Assembly: GCF_000485595.1 (NCBI RefSeq)
Contig: NW_014577074.1
Coordinates: 1,438,467 to 1,502,466, forward strand
Length of the DNA stretch: 64,000 nucleotides
Origin: Priapulus caudatus
Taxonomy: Eukaryota
Direction of reading: 5' to 3'
Part shown: in pieces, positions 44,112 through 57,768 of the stretch
Position numbering within the stretch: position 1 is the first letter of the stretch
Layout of the letters: each line of letters opens with the position of its first letter
Position numbers and translations under genes: made by a program
The notes under the pieces: model-generated
Seen by the model: only the letters and a program-made list of their open reading frames with translations
Told to the model about the DNA's origin: nothing
Databases searched by the model: none

Positions 44112-44822
44112 CGTGTGCGTCACCGCAGCCACGCGTACGCCCGCAACGCAACGCACGACATACTAACACACAACACACACACATCACACGACACAAACAC
44201 ATACACACACACACTACAGCATCCACATGACCACACACTATACCATACATACACAGCACATCGGACACACTGATCACGAAACACCAGTAGCCAGCACACA
44301 CGGACTCACACCCACACACACACACACACTACACACACACAGCAGCATACACCCACACACACACATCACACACAGTACATACACTGCCATCACATGACAC
44401 AGTGGTTGCTGCGCCCGATCCAGCACTCACACGTGCCGACACACAGCACACACACAACACACACACAACCATACACCATTACACACACATACACATACAC
44501 CAACTACACCACATCACACACACACAACACACCGCACATCACACACACATACATAACACAGCGCCAACACCCACAGCACACATTACATACACACACGAGC
44601 ACAACACACACACCACACAGGGCGTGTGTGTGATGGGTGCATGTGCCGTCGTATGTTGTCGTGTGTGTGCCGCGCTACTAGACGCTGCGCCCGCCCACAC
44701 ACACACGGCGACACACCACACAGGCCAGTGGGCCACACATTGCACCGTCACATCAGCGCCTGTGTGGGTGTGTGTGTGTCGATGGGTCATCAGCTAGNNN
44801 NNNNNNNNNNNNNNNNNNNNNN

Positions 44823-44917
<95 letters not shown>

Positions 44918-44930
44918 CACACACACACAC
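44040..44930. repeat. (GCAC)n then noisy and pure (CA)n with 25-N gap
   Basis: Direct reading; N at 44798-44822. Confidence 0.9.
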
Positions 44931-46485
44931 GTTTGCGATGTTCCGTGATCTTGCTCCGAAAGTTATTCTTCTATCCATCCTCTCCCATAACTAGAGTCTG
45001 CGTTAGTTTATAATCGTATAACTTGTATAAGTAGTCATTGTTGAGTTTCTGGTGTCCTTCAACCCAGTCTTTCTCTCTAGTAAACACTCTCCTTCCTACG
45101 CGCGTTAAGTGTATTTTACTTTTAACTATCGCCGTACATATTCTTTATTTTTTATTTTCTTGAAACTTTTGAGTTACTGCCAAAACCTTTAGAAAGCTTA
45201 AATTTGTCAGTTGTTTGGAAGAAAAATAGAGAAAAGACAATGAAAGTTGCTTTGTCACGGAGCTTCGGCATTTCTCGGCAGTGGATCGAACGCGTTCAGC
45301 GTATAGTGACTTTTACAGCCAGCATCCATCGTTGATCGTATGGGCAACACATACATCGATGAAAATGATTGCGCGGCGTTACTAGCACTACGCTAGACAA
45401 AAATGCGATTTTCACATGCACCGACATATGATTTTGACCTGTGCGCAATTGTGGTCCGTGCTGAACGACTTATCCGCATGTGCGTAGAGGAGCAGGTTTT
45501 CTACTTGAACAACGAATAAAGCGCAGTTAGATGTGCATTGCTACGGTAGTCGACGACGTTTGGGCATGAAATTTTACTGAAATTTACATTGAAAATATTA
45601 TAATAAAAAATAACATTATTTTTTAAATTTTGCTGAAATGTTACTTTGAATTTTTCGGGGGCAAGAGCTATCGCTGCCTCCAAAGAGGATGCTTATTAGA
45701 TTATATTCGATTATGACAATCGAAGATGTGAGCGCAAAAAGAAGGACATATACACGGATTGTGGCTCTTTATTTAACTTAACGATCTCTCGTTAGGCTAA
45801 ATAAGAAGCGGTAAATAGTTTTTACTATACATCAAACGGGAAAATGGTGTTTTCCGCGTACAGTGTGCATTCAAGTAATCGGGTCTGGGATGGTGGACTG
45901 ATTTATCAAATGCACGTAAGGTTAGTATAGGATTGAACGCGCGTACTCCAACGGCGCACTCAATCAGTCTTGTCAAGGACAGGGCTGACAATCAATGTGT
46001 ACGCAACGTGCTAAATGAGATATGCGAGGTATGTTAGTCGGTGAAGTCGCGTTACTGCACGAGTCTGTTGGGCACAGTCCTAATCACGGAGTTTACCCAT
46101 TCTATAGTGTGACTGCCGCGAGTTGAACGCAATTAGTAAACGTCAAGTGAAGCTCGCGACGTGCGCAGGATACAATCATGCCGCGAGCTAGACAGAGAAT
46201 TGCGTAGCGGCAGGGCACACGATTGCATCGTGTAATGTTTATACGGCTGTCGTGTCATAACGGTGTGCACATATTGTATGTGCCCGCGCGTACGGTAATG
46301 AACGCGTTACCCCTACATCTAGTTTCATTAAACCCCGACGTCTGTGTACGAGCGAGTTCTGTCTAGAAGCTCACGGAAACGCTTTGCCCCCTAGCGGCGT
46401 TCTGGGATTGTGTGCTCCACGCGTGACCGATGACGTCACGGCGGTGAGAGACGCATCCTGGTGGTAGATCGCGGTAATTACTCAC

Positions 46486-46528
46486 AGCATATAATATACA
46501 AACACATGTGTTTGTATATATCTATGCT
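46486..46528. repeat. Palindrome
   Basis: Perfect 26-bp palindrome atatacaaacacatgtgtttgtatat inside agcata...tatgct. Confidence 0.8.
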
Positions 46529-48944
46529 CGCAGTCAGTTACTTACTATTACGGACTGAAGTCGAGAGGGAAGATTCGCAATTGGCAACAACGACCGATAT
46601 AAAGAAATAATATTGCGTTGTGAAATTCCAGATATGAACACGGAGCAAGATTCCAAGCATGAAATCTGACATGCCACGAGCGCATATCACAAGGAAATTC
46701 TTGTGCATATTTTCACATTTTCACATTTTTACATACATAACAGATTTTGCTCCAGGCGGAACTAGCTCTTCATAAAGTGGGGTGCAGATAACTTCTATAT
46801 ACCGATTCACGCGCTAACCTCTAGTTCGTAAAAACTGATAAGCTTAACAAGTAACTCTCATCATCATTTTCAAGTGCATTACCTAGAGCAGACACAACAT
46901 CCAGATTTCAGACAAGTACCTCTTCACAATATGTCGCCTTCCATGTCTGACAAGAATGAAAGTGTATATTAACAGATTTTAACGATTTTAAAGCTTGGCC
47001 ATACTTTATTGAAATTTCTCTGAAGATTATAAACGTGTATTCAAATCGACACAAAGGACGTACTTGGTTGAGAGGTAACATCACAGTAAAAGCCACTAGC
47101 ACAAGGATGAGGAATATACGTCATAGGAGCTTCCTAAGTACAAGTAAGACTAGTCGAACTCACGCGATGCCGTTATTATGGGCAACGTCACATGTTTATT
47201 AAAACTGATTCTTAGCTCTGTTGTTGTACAGCGAGAACGAAAGAGAGAGAGTGTGTGTGTGTGTGTGAGGAGGTAGAAAATAGACCGACAGCGGTAGAGC
47301 GAGCGAGAAGGGGAGAGGGGGGAGAGCTAGACACAGCGCGAGCCAGGGGGAAGATACACAGATAGAGGGGGAAAGAGAAACAGAGCACTCGTGATGGTAA
47401 TTGGCCTCTTGTGCAATCAACTCACTGACGCCTAGTTTGGCGAGCAGGCCACTGACACTGATGTCAAATCGCAATGTTGATGCTTCACGGAATTATTCCC
47501 CAGCTCCTACTCCATTAGGAACAGCGGAAATGTGTAGGATTAAAAGTAGGTTCGTAATTTGTTAAACACCTGCATCACCGCCAAACGATTTCCACTTCTC
47601 TGTGTTTAGTTTATGGGTCGAATTCCTCTCTGACTTTGACAATCACTAATTTACCTGGCGTTATCAACTCATAAATTTGATCCTCAATCCTGATTGCCAG
47701 CTATGGTTTTCTAAGTGGATTCGTCTATATAGCGGGTCTGGAGCAAGCTGGTCACGGGTAGTGCCGGACCTGTGCTATAGCCCATCACACAAAATCTTTA
47801 TCGCATTCTGTCTCTCACTGTCTATACACCCGGCGCTTTAGCTTCCCATGTGACACTAATCTTTAGGCGTGACTATACCTTGTATCCCCTTAGTATTATC
47901 ACTGAGAGGGTTCGTTTGAATATTACCAAACAGTTATCATCGTTGACCCCAGAGCTGGCAGAAGCAACTGTCGTCTAAATGTTCTATATTTTCAGCTTGC
48001 ATAGTTTAATAATAAATTAGCATTTTACATCTTAGAAATCCTTTAACAAGGAAGGTATTAAAGTACGTAAATTAAATGTAGTTTAAAAAGAAGTGTGAAT
48101 TTTGTGTGTGTTGCTTGTACGGTATGGTCATAGTGTCTGTCATCCAAGCGAAAAACACCAAGCCTAGGTGAAAATAGGACGAAGAAAATAGAAATGAATT
48201 AGGACTTTTTGATAAACGGAAAATGCAGGCATTCTCGTAATCCTGATAGCGACCATCTTTAATCGTTGAATTAATTAACATGCATTTTGATGATTCACTG
48301 AGCCCATCTTAATCAATTCTTAATCGGGTATTAGACGTTACCACAATTGTCTTTCCAGCATACTCACACTCTCATACAAGTCACACACTCAAAATCTTTG
48401 GATATGGCTGGTGTTTCCGCCGCGAGAAAAATCTGCAATGACCGAAAATCTAGAGAAAATTCCATTATGACTTGATCCAACTTCATCACAGGTTTCGTTG
48501 TTGTTTAGATATGCACACCTATGAACCCACCCAAATATTTTAGCAATCTGCTCTATTACCAATTCGATACAAAATGCTACGATGTCTACGATTAGGAAAA
48601 TAGACAGAGCTTAAGACTGGGTTCTTGCTAAGATTATCAATTTGTCTCTGCGCTACAGCAACGCTACTGTAGTAGAACCACAGGTGCTATATATACGGTT
48701 TAAAATGGAAGCGAAGAGACGTATCATTGACTCGACATAAACTCCGCGAAAACGTTCATGAATGATGGCACACGCCAGGAAATACACAATAATTCTAATC
48801 CAGGGGAATTTCACTGATTATAACTACCCCCACATCAATCTGCACACGTGCTAATTAACACTTATAAGTTAGTCGCATTTTGTGGTTTATATAATGCATG
48901 AGCCGACCCTACACGTTCTCGTTATAACGTTTTACCATCACCCC

Positions 48945-49015
<71 letters not shown>

Positions 49016-49068
49016 GCGCGACGACGAGGAGACGACGACGAGAGACGACGACACGACGACGCGACCAC

Positions 49069-49101
<33 letters not shown>

Positions 49102-49114
49102 CGACGCGACGACA

Positions 49115-50023
49115 NNNNNNNNNNNNNNNNNNNNNNNNNNNNNNNNNNNNNNNNNNNNNNNNNNNNNNNNNNNNNNNNNNNNNNNNNNNNNNNNNNNNNN
49201 NNNNNNNNNNNNNNNNNNNNNNNNNNNNNNNNNNNNNNNNNNNNNNNNNNNNNNNNNNNNNNNNNNNNNNNNNNNNNNNNNNNNNNNNNNNNNNNNNNNN
49301 NNNNNNNNNNNNNNNNNNNNNNNNNNNNNNNNNNNNNNNNNNNNNNNNNNNNNNNNNNNNNNNNNNNNNNNNNNNNNNNNNNNNNNNNNNNNNNNNNNNN
49401 NNNNNNNNNNNNNNNNNNNNNNNNNNNNNNNNNNNNNNNNNNNNNNNNNNNNNNNNNNNNNNNNNNNNNNNNNNNNNNNNNNNNNNNNNNNNNNNNNNNN
49501 NNNNNNNNNNNNNNNNNNNNNNNNNNNNNNNNNNNNNNNNNNNNNNNNNNNNNNNNNNNNNNNNNNNNNNNNNNNNNNNNNNNNNNNNNNNNNNNNNNNN
49601 NNNNNNNNNNNNNNNNNNNNNNNNNNNNNNNNNNNNNNNNNNNNNNNNNNNNNNNNNNNNNNNNNNNNNNNNNNNNNNNNNNNNNNNNNNNNNNNNNNNN
49701 NNNNNNNNNNNNNNNNNNNNNNNNNNNNNNNNNNNNNNNNNNNNNNNNNNNNNNNNNNNNNNNNNNNNNNNNNNNNNNNNNNNNNNNNNNNNNNNNNNNN
49801 NNNNNNNNNNNNNNNNNNNNNNNNNNNNNNNNNNNNNNNNNNNNNNNNNNNNNNNNNNNNNNNNNNNNNNNNNNNNNNNNNNNNNNNNNNNNNNNNNNNN
49901 NNNNNNNNNNNNNNNNNNNNNNNNNNNNNNNNNNNNNNNNNNNNNNNNNNNNNNNNNNNNNNNNNNNNNNNNNNNNNNNNNNNNNNNNNNNNNNNNNNNN
50001 NNNNNNNNNNNNNNNNNNNNNNN
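49115..50023. other. Assembly gap (909 N) flanked by (CA)n and (GA)n microsatellites
   Basis: Run of N; (CA)n at 48947-49114 and (GA)n at 50024-50170. Confidence 0.99.
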
Positions 50024-50097
<74 letters not shown>

Positions 50098-51029
50098 AGA
50101 AAGAGAGAAAAAAAAGAGAGAGAACGAGAAAGGGAAGAGAGAGAAAGAGAAAGAAAGAGAAAGAGAGGGGGGAGAAACCACGGCCAGAAAAATGAGAGGA
50201 GATGTCGTGAACATGAAACGCCGCGTTTAGAGAAAGGCGGGCATCCGATCGCGGCAGCAGCGAAGCGCTTAATAATGGAATTGAAATTGAGATGTCATTT
50301 ACGGGTGGCGTGAGCGGTGTATGCACGCACTCGCCTCGGCAGTAGATCAGATCGTCTGCCTATATCGAGACAGGCTGCTAGCCTGTTGGATGCCTGGGTG
50401 ACTAACTGTTCACGGTAACCGAGAAATTTTCTCCTCATAATAACTAGGCTTTCGTGATCATGAAAGTCAACGAGGTTCAAAAAAGGGTACGGCTCGTCCT
50501 GTCGTGAGTGAAGTGTTTGCATGAGCTTAACGCATCTTTGCCATCACACTAGTTCTGACATGCGTTCAAATAGGCAGGAACTCCCGTCCCACGAGTAAGC
50601 ACTTTACAATGCCGCGCTACGAATTAACATAATATTTCAGAGAGAATAGTTGGTGTCGACAGCTTCAACATCAGGTAATATCAAGGCGATGTTATGCTAA
50701 TTAAATATGCAAAAGAAGCATGTTAACACAATATTATTATGATAATAAATACGGTGTAATGATATGCTACCCTCCTGTTTGTCTACATTGTAAGTCTATC
50801 GCTGTGTGAAAAATTGCAGAGAAAAATCAAACCATGTTACATTAAATCGAGTTACCGGATGAAAATGTAATCATCTATGATCAACATGATGCACAGGCGG
50901 CAATGTGATTGTATGCTATACGCTCTAATCCATATTCTTACTTGTAATCTGCCAATGGAATAAGCTGAAGACATTCTATCGAAATTCTGCTACTGTTAAC
51001 CACTGACCGTTGTCGCCATTGGTCGCCGG

Positions 51030-51725
51030 TCCGTCACTCAAAATTCATTGTTTACCACGGCACATATCTCTACATTCGTCGTTTACCACGGCCCATCACA
51101 TAGCATTTATTATTTACTATATGGACCGTAACTTTGCATTCATCGTTTACCACGGCCCTTCACTTAATATTAATCGTTTACTATGGGCTTCACTCTACAT
51201 TGATTGTTTACCACGGCCCACCACTAAACATTTAGTGTTTACTGTGCCCCGGCCCTCTACATTTATTGTTTACCACGGCCCATCATATAGCATTTATTGT
51301 TTATTATGGCCGGTCACTCTACTTTCACTGTTTACCACGGCCTATATATCCCTCAACATTAATTAATTGTTTACTATGGCCCATCACTCTCAATTTATTG
51401 TTTACTGTGGCTCTTCACTCTACATTTATTGTTTACTATGGCCCGTCACTCTACATTGATTGTTTACCAAGGCCCACCACTAAGCATTTAGTGTTTACTG
51501 TGCCCCGGCCCTCTACATTTATTGTTTACCACGGCCCATCATATAGCATTTATTGTTTATTATGGTCGGTCACTCTACTTTTACTGTTTACCACGGCCTA
51601 TATATCCCTCGACATTAATTGTTTACTATGACCCGTCACTCAACATTCATTGTTTACTGTGGATCCTCACTCTACAATTATTATTTACCACGGCCCGTCA
51701 CTCAACATTCATTGTTTACCACAGC
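51030..51725. repeat. Minisatellite with ~31-32-bp unit and 256-bp higher-order period
   Basis: About 22 units like cattyattgtttacyryggcccrtcactcta; the block starting at 51265 recurs almost exactly at 51521. Confidence 0.92.
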
Positions 51726-52437
51726 TCGTGATTATTTGTGACGGTCATCTTCCATCACACAACGAACATCGTTTATCAATGCGTCAAGCTAAGAATTTCA
51801 TCGGTCCATCAATTGGCGGTTGTTCTGTGGAGCGGTCATGCAGCAGCCATTGCGAAATGGAATGTTCGAAGTGAGCAAATGGTTAGCTGCTAATTCCTAA
51901 CTCGAGATGGGGTGTTGATGGCAGAAAGTCAATATATAATCGGGGTTGGCAGTCGGTTAAGGAATACCGAAATATAATGATTCCGTTATTAAATGTGGAA
52001 TAAAGGATGGAATAATCAATAGAAATAATGTTGGGATTGCGGTTATATGAGATAAAGCCACTCAATGATATCACGTGGCTTGACAGACAGTCCTCCGCTG
52101 GCGCATTCGTCGAATAATATATTTCTACCCGTAAATTCAGATATAAATACCTGAACTGTATAAATACACGGTATAAGAAGGTTTCGTTAAGCAACTACAA
52201 TAAAATATATTTGGGGGAAGGAAATCGTTCCGAATCATAGTTTTCATGCTGCAATTTGAAACACGACCGCTAAAATAAAAATAGACATTCGTTTCCGTTG
52301 TATGAATATTGCGCAATCAATAATTGCCTGGAGCGATTAATATTACCAGCAACCCATAAAATTGGCAGTAATATTTAATTGGACAATTTAACCGTGCAAA
52401 ATTAACAAAATACTTAACAATTATGTTAAGGTAGAAA

Positions 52438-52454
52438 ATGTATGTATGTATGTA

Positions 52455-52505
<51 letters not shown>

Positions 52506-52588
52506 CTGGTGAGGTGTGGTGTGTGTGTGGTGTGGTGTTGTGTGGTGTGTGTGTGTGTTGTTGCATGTGTGTGTGTTGGCTGGGTGTG

Positions 52589-52645
<57 letters not shown>
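52438..52645. repeat. (ATGT)n/(GT)n microsatellite
   Basis: Direct reading. Confidence 0.9.
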
Positions 52646-52646
<1 letters not shown>

Positions 52647-53618
52647 TTTTGTATTTTTGTATACAATTAAGCTGCATATTCTATATATTAATGTTAGATG
52701 TTAAATTGCACTTTATTACCTCATTACTAGAATTGTGCGAATTTGCATTCTACGTGAAATTTAGACATTTTATCATTAATTAAAAAGGAGTAACAGCCGC
52801 GGGCATACTTCTCAGTGTTCATCAGTTCTCATAGACTAACAATAATAGCTATACATTCTGCGTTTATGGTTATACTTAACAACGGCTATCGTTCATCTGG
52901 GATTGATGGGTTCCATGGAGCGCTCATCATGCATACTATAATGGGAAGCTGTTACTCGCCATCGTTCCGTAACCGTTGACTTTACCTCACATTTACAGAC
53001 GCGATTCTACGTGCGTACGTATTTTTGCGACAATACGTTCTATAATAGATTCATAATTGCAATATGTGAAAGTCAGCGTGGACAAAAGAGACAATTGTGT
53101 CAGCCATACAAAACATTGGCAAAAAATTGGCAACTAGAACAAAATGAGATAATTTTATTCGCATAACGCATAGGCAATGACTACTCATGCTATAGCATTT
53201 ATGAGCGTTTGTTCAAGCATATTGGAAGGTTTGATGAATTTTGCACAAGCATCAAAACGCAGGTGGCAGACCCTTTAACCAACGTCATAGAGTGCACGTA
53301 GTGTAGGTGTTTCAACAATTTATATACCAGGCACACTCAGGCCGCGTATCACTGAAGTTTTTTTTGTATAGTATATATATTTATATATTAAAAGTACACA
53401 AGTCTTCCTACTCTATAGAGGCCCTTGACATGTTTAATTCATATAGTTTTATTTATTATTTTCTTATATTATTGATTTATTGATCCAGGCAACCGCCTGA
53501 TAATGCGAACGATAACACTTCATGTGACAACAGGATCGCTAATTGTTAACATCGTTGCTTCCGTTATCATCCACCGAATGATCCTGATATCAGCGTATCA
53601 TGCGCCGGCTGCATATAT

Positions 53619-53661
53619 TCAAGAGTACATAATAGAGATTCTCTATATTATGTACTCTTGA
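53619..53661. repeat. Short inverted repeat (mini-MITE-like palindrome)
   Basis: tcaagagtacataat...attatgtactcttga, 15-bp perfect arms in a TA-rich context. Confidence 0.8.
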
Positions 53662-54134
53662 TATATTATATAATAGTCTAACATATTTACCGCAACATTT
53701 GCACGATTTTCAGTAACATGAATATAATCATGACTGCAATTAATTGCGCCAAATTTTCGAATTTAAATCAATACGGTTGAACTAGAAATGCGCTGTAAAT
53801 GGATTTAGTGAAAATCTATCATCCGATCAAGTCAGAGAAATGTCTCAACGTACGTTGTGGACATGTCAATCCCTCGATTGCAGTCGAAATAGATAACACA
53901 ATTTTTTAACCGTCATTTATAAAATGGCGAGAAATTAATTGGTGCGAAGTAGCTCGTTTGTTTAGTATTTTCAATAGTGTATGTCAGTGGAAATAGACAG
54001 AGAAGTGTTACTTTCATCCGCAACTGTCCTTTTATTCTAACTAGCGGCTATGAGATTCGAGCTTCGCCTCAAGTGATTTCAGTGACATCTAGTGGCAGGA
54101 ATCGCGCACACGAAGCTGTGTATGTATATATGAT

Positions 54135-54220
54135 ATCAGGAGTTAATGAAGACAAATTTGTTTCAAAAGAGTTAAAAAATTAGTTTGAAAGAGAAATGTT
54201 TGTCTTTATTAACTCCTGAT
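54135..54220. repeat. Inverted repeat / hairpin with 22-bp arms
   Basis: atcaggagttaatgaagacaaa ... tttgtctttattaactcctgat (1 mismatch). Confidence 0.8.
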
Positions 54221-57200
54221 GATATCTATGATCAAAGCCAAGTGCCGCTGGTAAAGTAGTATCGGTAGTAATGCGGAAGGAATACAGAATGTATTTAGAA
54301 GAATGCATGTAGAACATTGTTAGGAAATGTTAATGTTATAGGCGAGCACCCGTAATCCACTCAGTAATAGTAATTAGTAGATACTGAGGGTCGCAATAAA
54401 CGCCTGGAACAGAGAGGTCAATCGCCGCAATAACAATATCGGTGGGAATCGTTAAATAACATCATGCCGTATGCTCTGAAATTGCGCAGAATGATATGCT
54501 AGTCAGCGACGATCTAGCCGCATTTAAATTCTTTATGCATTATAGCGTCTTCTTGCGCATTCTCACCTCACAGATTTGTGCTCACGTACAACTTGTATCG
54601 CGTATTTCACTGCATTGTAAATTTAATTATATCCGCACCGCGTGTTCTTACATGGTTATGGAATGGTTGCGTTTATGTAAAGGTGCTCATGAGGTCCTCA
54701 TGTAGGCCTATAGACAAAGAGTGTACCATAATAAAAGTGACAGTTCTGCCCGCCGGTGTATGATGCATATGTTGCCCGGTTATTCATATGTATACATATA
54801 CTAACTTACATGTTATATCAATAATTAAATTACAATTTAAATAATTATTTGTAAAATGCTTCACAAAGAAAGATAGAACGTTCACAAAGTTGATCCACTT
54901 CACACTGAAACGCACACGAGAATACCGGCAAGGGTTTCACGGTATATAACCACAAATATATAATGCATGCATGCGTTAGTTTTATAAATTTTGGTTTGCG
55001 TTTTTATCAAGCTGATACGTTTCTTTCTGCACCACACTATTGATTTTCGTTCACATAAATAATCTGACAGGTTTTTCGTTACTAAATTGGAAATGAATTG
55101 ATTCGTGGTTTTGAATTTACTGATCAGACCGCGTAAGTCATTGCGTTTTTTCCAAGTTTTAAAAATCCGACTGGATTTTGTTACGTAGGATCACGTAACT
55201 TCTCTAATAATTCACCAAGTTTTTAAATACATTTTAAATTTTAGATACTAATTTCACTTAAAATTCGCTCATCTCCCAGTAGGTCCTACAGCCGACGTAA
55301 TGCGACGCTGTTTGGGAGAAAGGTCTATCTACCGGTGCATATCATATATCTCTTACTGAACTTACCGTACATAATAACACCAAATGCGTAACCTCCAGAC
55401 GATCACAAGAGATTTACTCGATTCTACTACGCGTTAAAGTGCTATACTACGTGCTACGTGTTAAAGTATTCATTTACTTTTAAATTTATGCAAGTTTTGT
55501 GTGAAATGCTTGGTGAAGAATCATGCAGAGATATTGGACTATCTGTATTCGAATTAAAGAGCGCAAAATGCTCGCATCTATGTATAGCGCCTCGCTGTAA
55601 CACGTAAAAGACCGCGAGTCATAATTGATTCGCGATGTTGTATTAAATATTTGACAGGTGCAAAAAGGTTTGTGTTAGCGTTTTTCCGAAAAAACACATT
55701 TTAATAAATAGTTATTCAGTCCCACGAGCCGTCCTGTACTGTATCACAGGAGGGCACATTGCTTGCCACTATGTATAGGTCACTGGCTGGAAATCGATAA
55801 ATAACTATTATACCCGCGTCATAATTTTGAAAGTCATCTTCAGAAAGCACGTATAGAAAAACGTTTGCTGAATGAACGGTTCTCGGAAACTGCCTGATTA
55901 AATTACCAAACTGCGCTATGATGTTGGTCTTATTATGTAGAGAGGCCGAAATCTACCTTCTCGGTCTATAGCATGAGAACGCCCTCTTAGATGTGGGATG
56001 AAGCATGGCAGTTCTAGAAGGGGACTATTTCCTCATGAAAATAATAGAAATATATGATAAGTGATTGGTGAATTAGTTATTAATTATAATTATTGCTTGC
56101 ACTTTTACGCTCCCGTTATGAATGTGACGGTGAATGAGACGATGGGATCACTGGCGAATACCCGTGTACGTACCTGCGCGCGCGTTCGTGACTGTGCGTG
56201 CGCGTTCGTGACTGTGCGTGCGCGTGTGTGACAATAGCTACAGTTTCACTTTAAAGTTTCCAAAAAACAATTTTTTTAAATGTGCAAAACCGCTTACAAC
56301 ATTTAGCAATAAGATACTTCTCACTATGTCTGTGTGGTCCGACTTCATCTAATCCTACGGCAGCTCCTAAGTTTGACTCCTCACCCATATCTATATACAT
56401 GTGTACACTAAACACTCGTGCACCAGAACGAGCATTAAATTATAGCAAATCATTAACAAGTGCCGCGGAGCGACAGCGCTCATCTAACGTCTACTGCGGT
56501 GACTCTGTGGTGGAGTGGTGGGATTCTAGTAAACCCTGTAAGTCCCAAATGTGTTCACATACAAGCGCGAAACAGTGGAATGCCGCACGGGATAGTATCA
56601 CGAAGCCTTCTCAAAGGAATGTTTCGTTGCGGATCGTTATGAAAGTTTCGCCACGAGCATGGCCGCGGGTTTTAAGTGTCTTCAGATAAAGATGGGAAGC
56701 TCCCATCGTACGTAGTAGCAAACAACTAGTTGCAACGACAGAATAGGTAAGCACGCATCCATTTACCTACCGCAGAGCCTACAGCTGCAATAGAGAGCTG
56801 CAGTCCGTAACTAATTTAAGCGCAGGCAAAACTACACACCAACCAGACCATGCACTGGCATGGCATACGTTACATGTAAAATACTGACAGTACAGAATAC
56901 TCCACACACCGCCCACCACCCCAGAACCATGCTAGTTGGTGTGCTCCACAGTTACTCGATTTAGGTATCATGTGAGACGACTAATTGATCCGTCGAGCGC
57001 CGACACCACCCACACGCCGCTCGACCGAGACCCCATAGAAATTATAAGATTAAGGAGCCATAAAGCCTTCTTCAACCAAATTCGGCTTTTAAATTCACTG
57101 TGACATGTAGCCTCGACATCCAGGCATGTAATAGATCTACCCTAGCAAACCCGGCATCAAATTCTTTCTACACAGACAGTAAACAAATTCCAGTAACGCC

Positions 57201-57304
57201 TCCTTGTGAGGGTCAAAAAGGTTTATCCGACACTTACTCCTTCGCATGTCAGCAGAAGGGACATTTCATGTCTTTAATAAAGCCAAAAAAGCTAGGTCAC
57301 GCTG

Positions 57305-57768
57305 AAACAAAACGTTCTTTCAATCGCTGCCGTCAGACCATGTCCCCAAAAAAAAAAGAAAGTCTAAAATCTGCCCTAGTGCCCATTGACCCTTTGACCG
57401 TGACCTCCAATTCGGCAGCAGTGTGCTTCGTCCTACCATGATGCCTAAACACCCGACTATCACGAGCCTAGGTCGACGCCGTTAGATTTGTGCGCAATTC
57501 TGCATTTCTCCTATACCTAAGTTAAGGAGTGAATGTTCCCCCTTCTTTACCACTCTTGACCTGTGACCTTTGACCCCAGCTTCGACATCCCAACATCGTT
57601 TGAATCCCCTTGAAGTGCCGAATAACGTGACGCGTACGTCGAGCGGTTAAGAATTTGTGCCCGAAGCGTTGACGGACGGACGGCCGGGCCGACGGACGGA
57701 CGGACCGCACGCACCGAATCGTGCGATCTACAATCTGCCCATCTGCACTAGTCAGATGAGCTAAAAAA
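57305..57768. mobile_element. Non-autonomous Helentron-associated (HINE/DINE-like) element
   Basis: Two ~170-bp-spaced core repeats carrying TGACC(T)TTGACC motifs (~57386, ~57556), a (GACG)n tract (~57671-57705) and a terminal stem-loop gcccatctg-N7-cagatgagc (57737-57761) followed by TAAAAAA. The left boundary is approximate. Confidence 0.65.

Noticed and set aside
48882..50326. Long ORFs of 371-462 aa
   Set aside because: They consist of N-gap and microsatellite translation.
51010..51731. CRISPR-like appearance and repeat-protein ORFs
   Set aside because: Units are homologous along their whole length with no unique spacers, there are no cas genes, and the 31-32-bp unit breaks reading frames.
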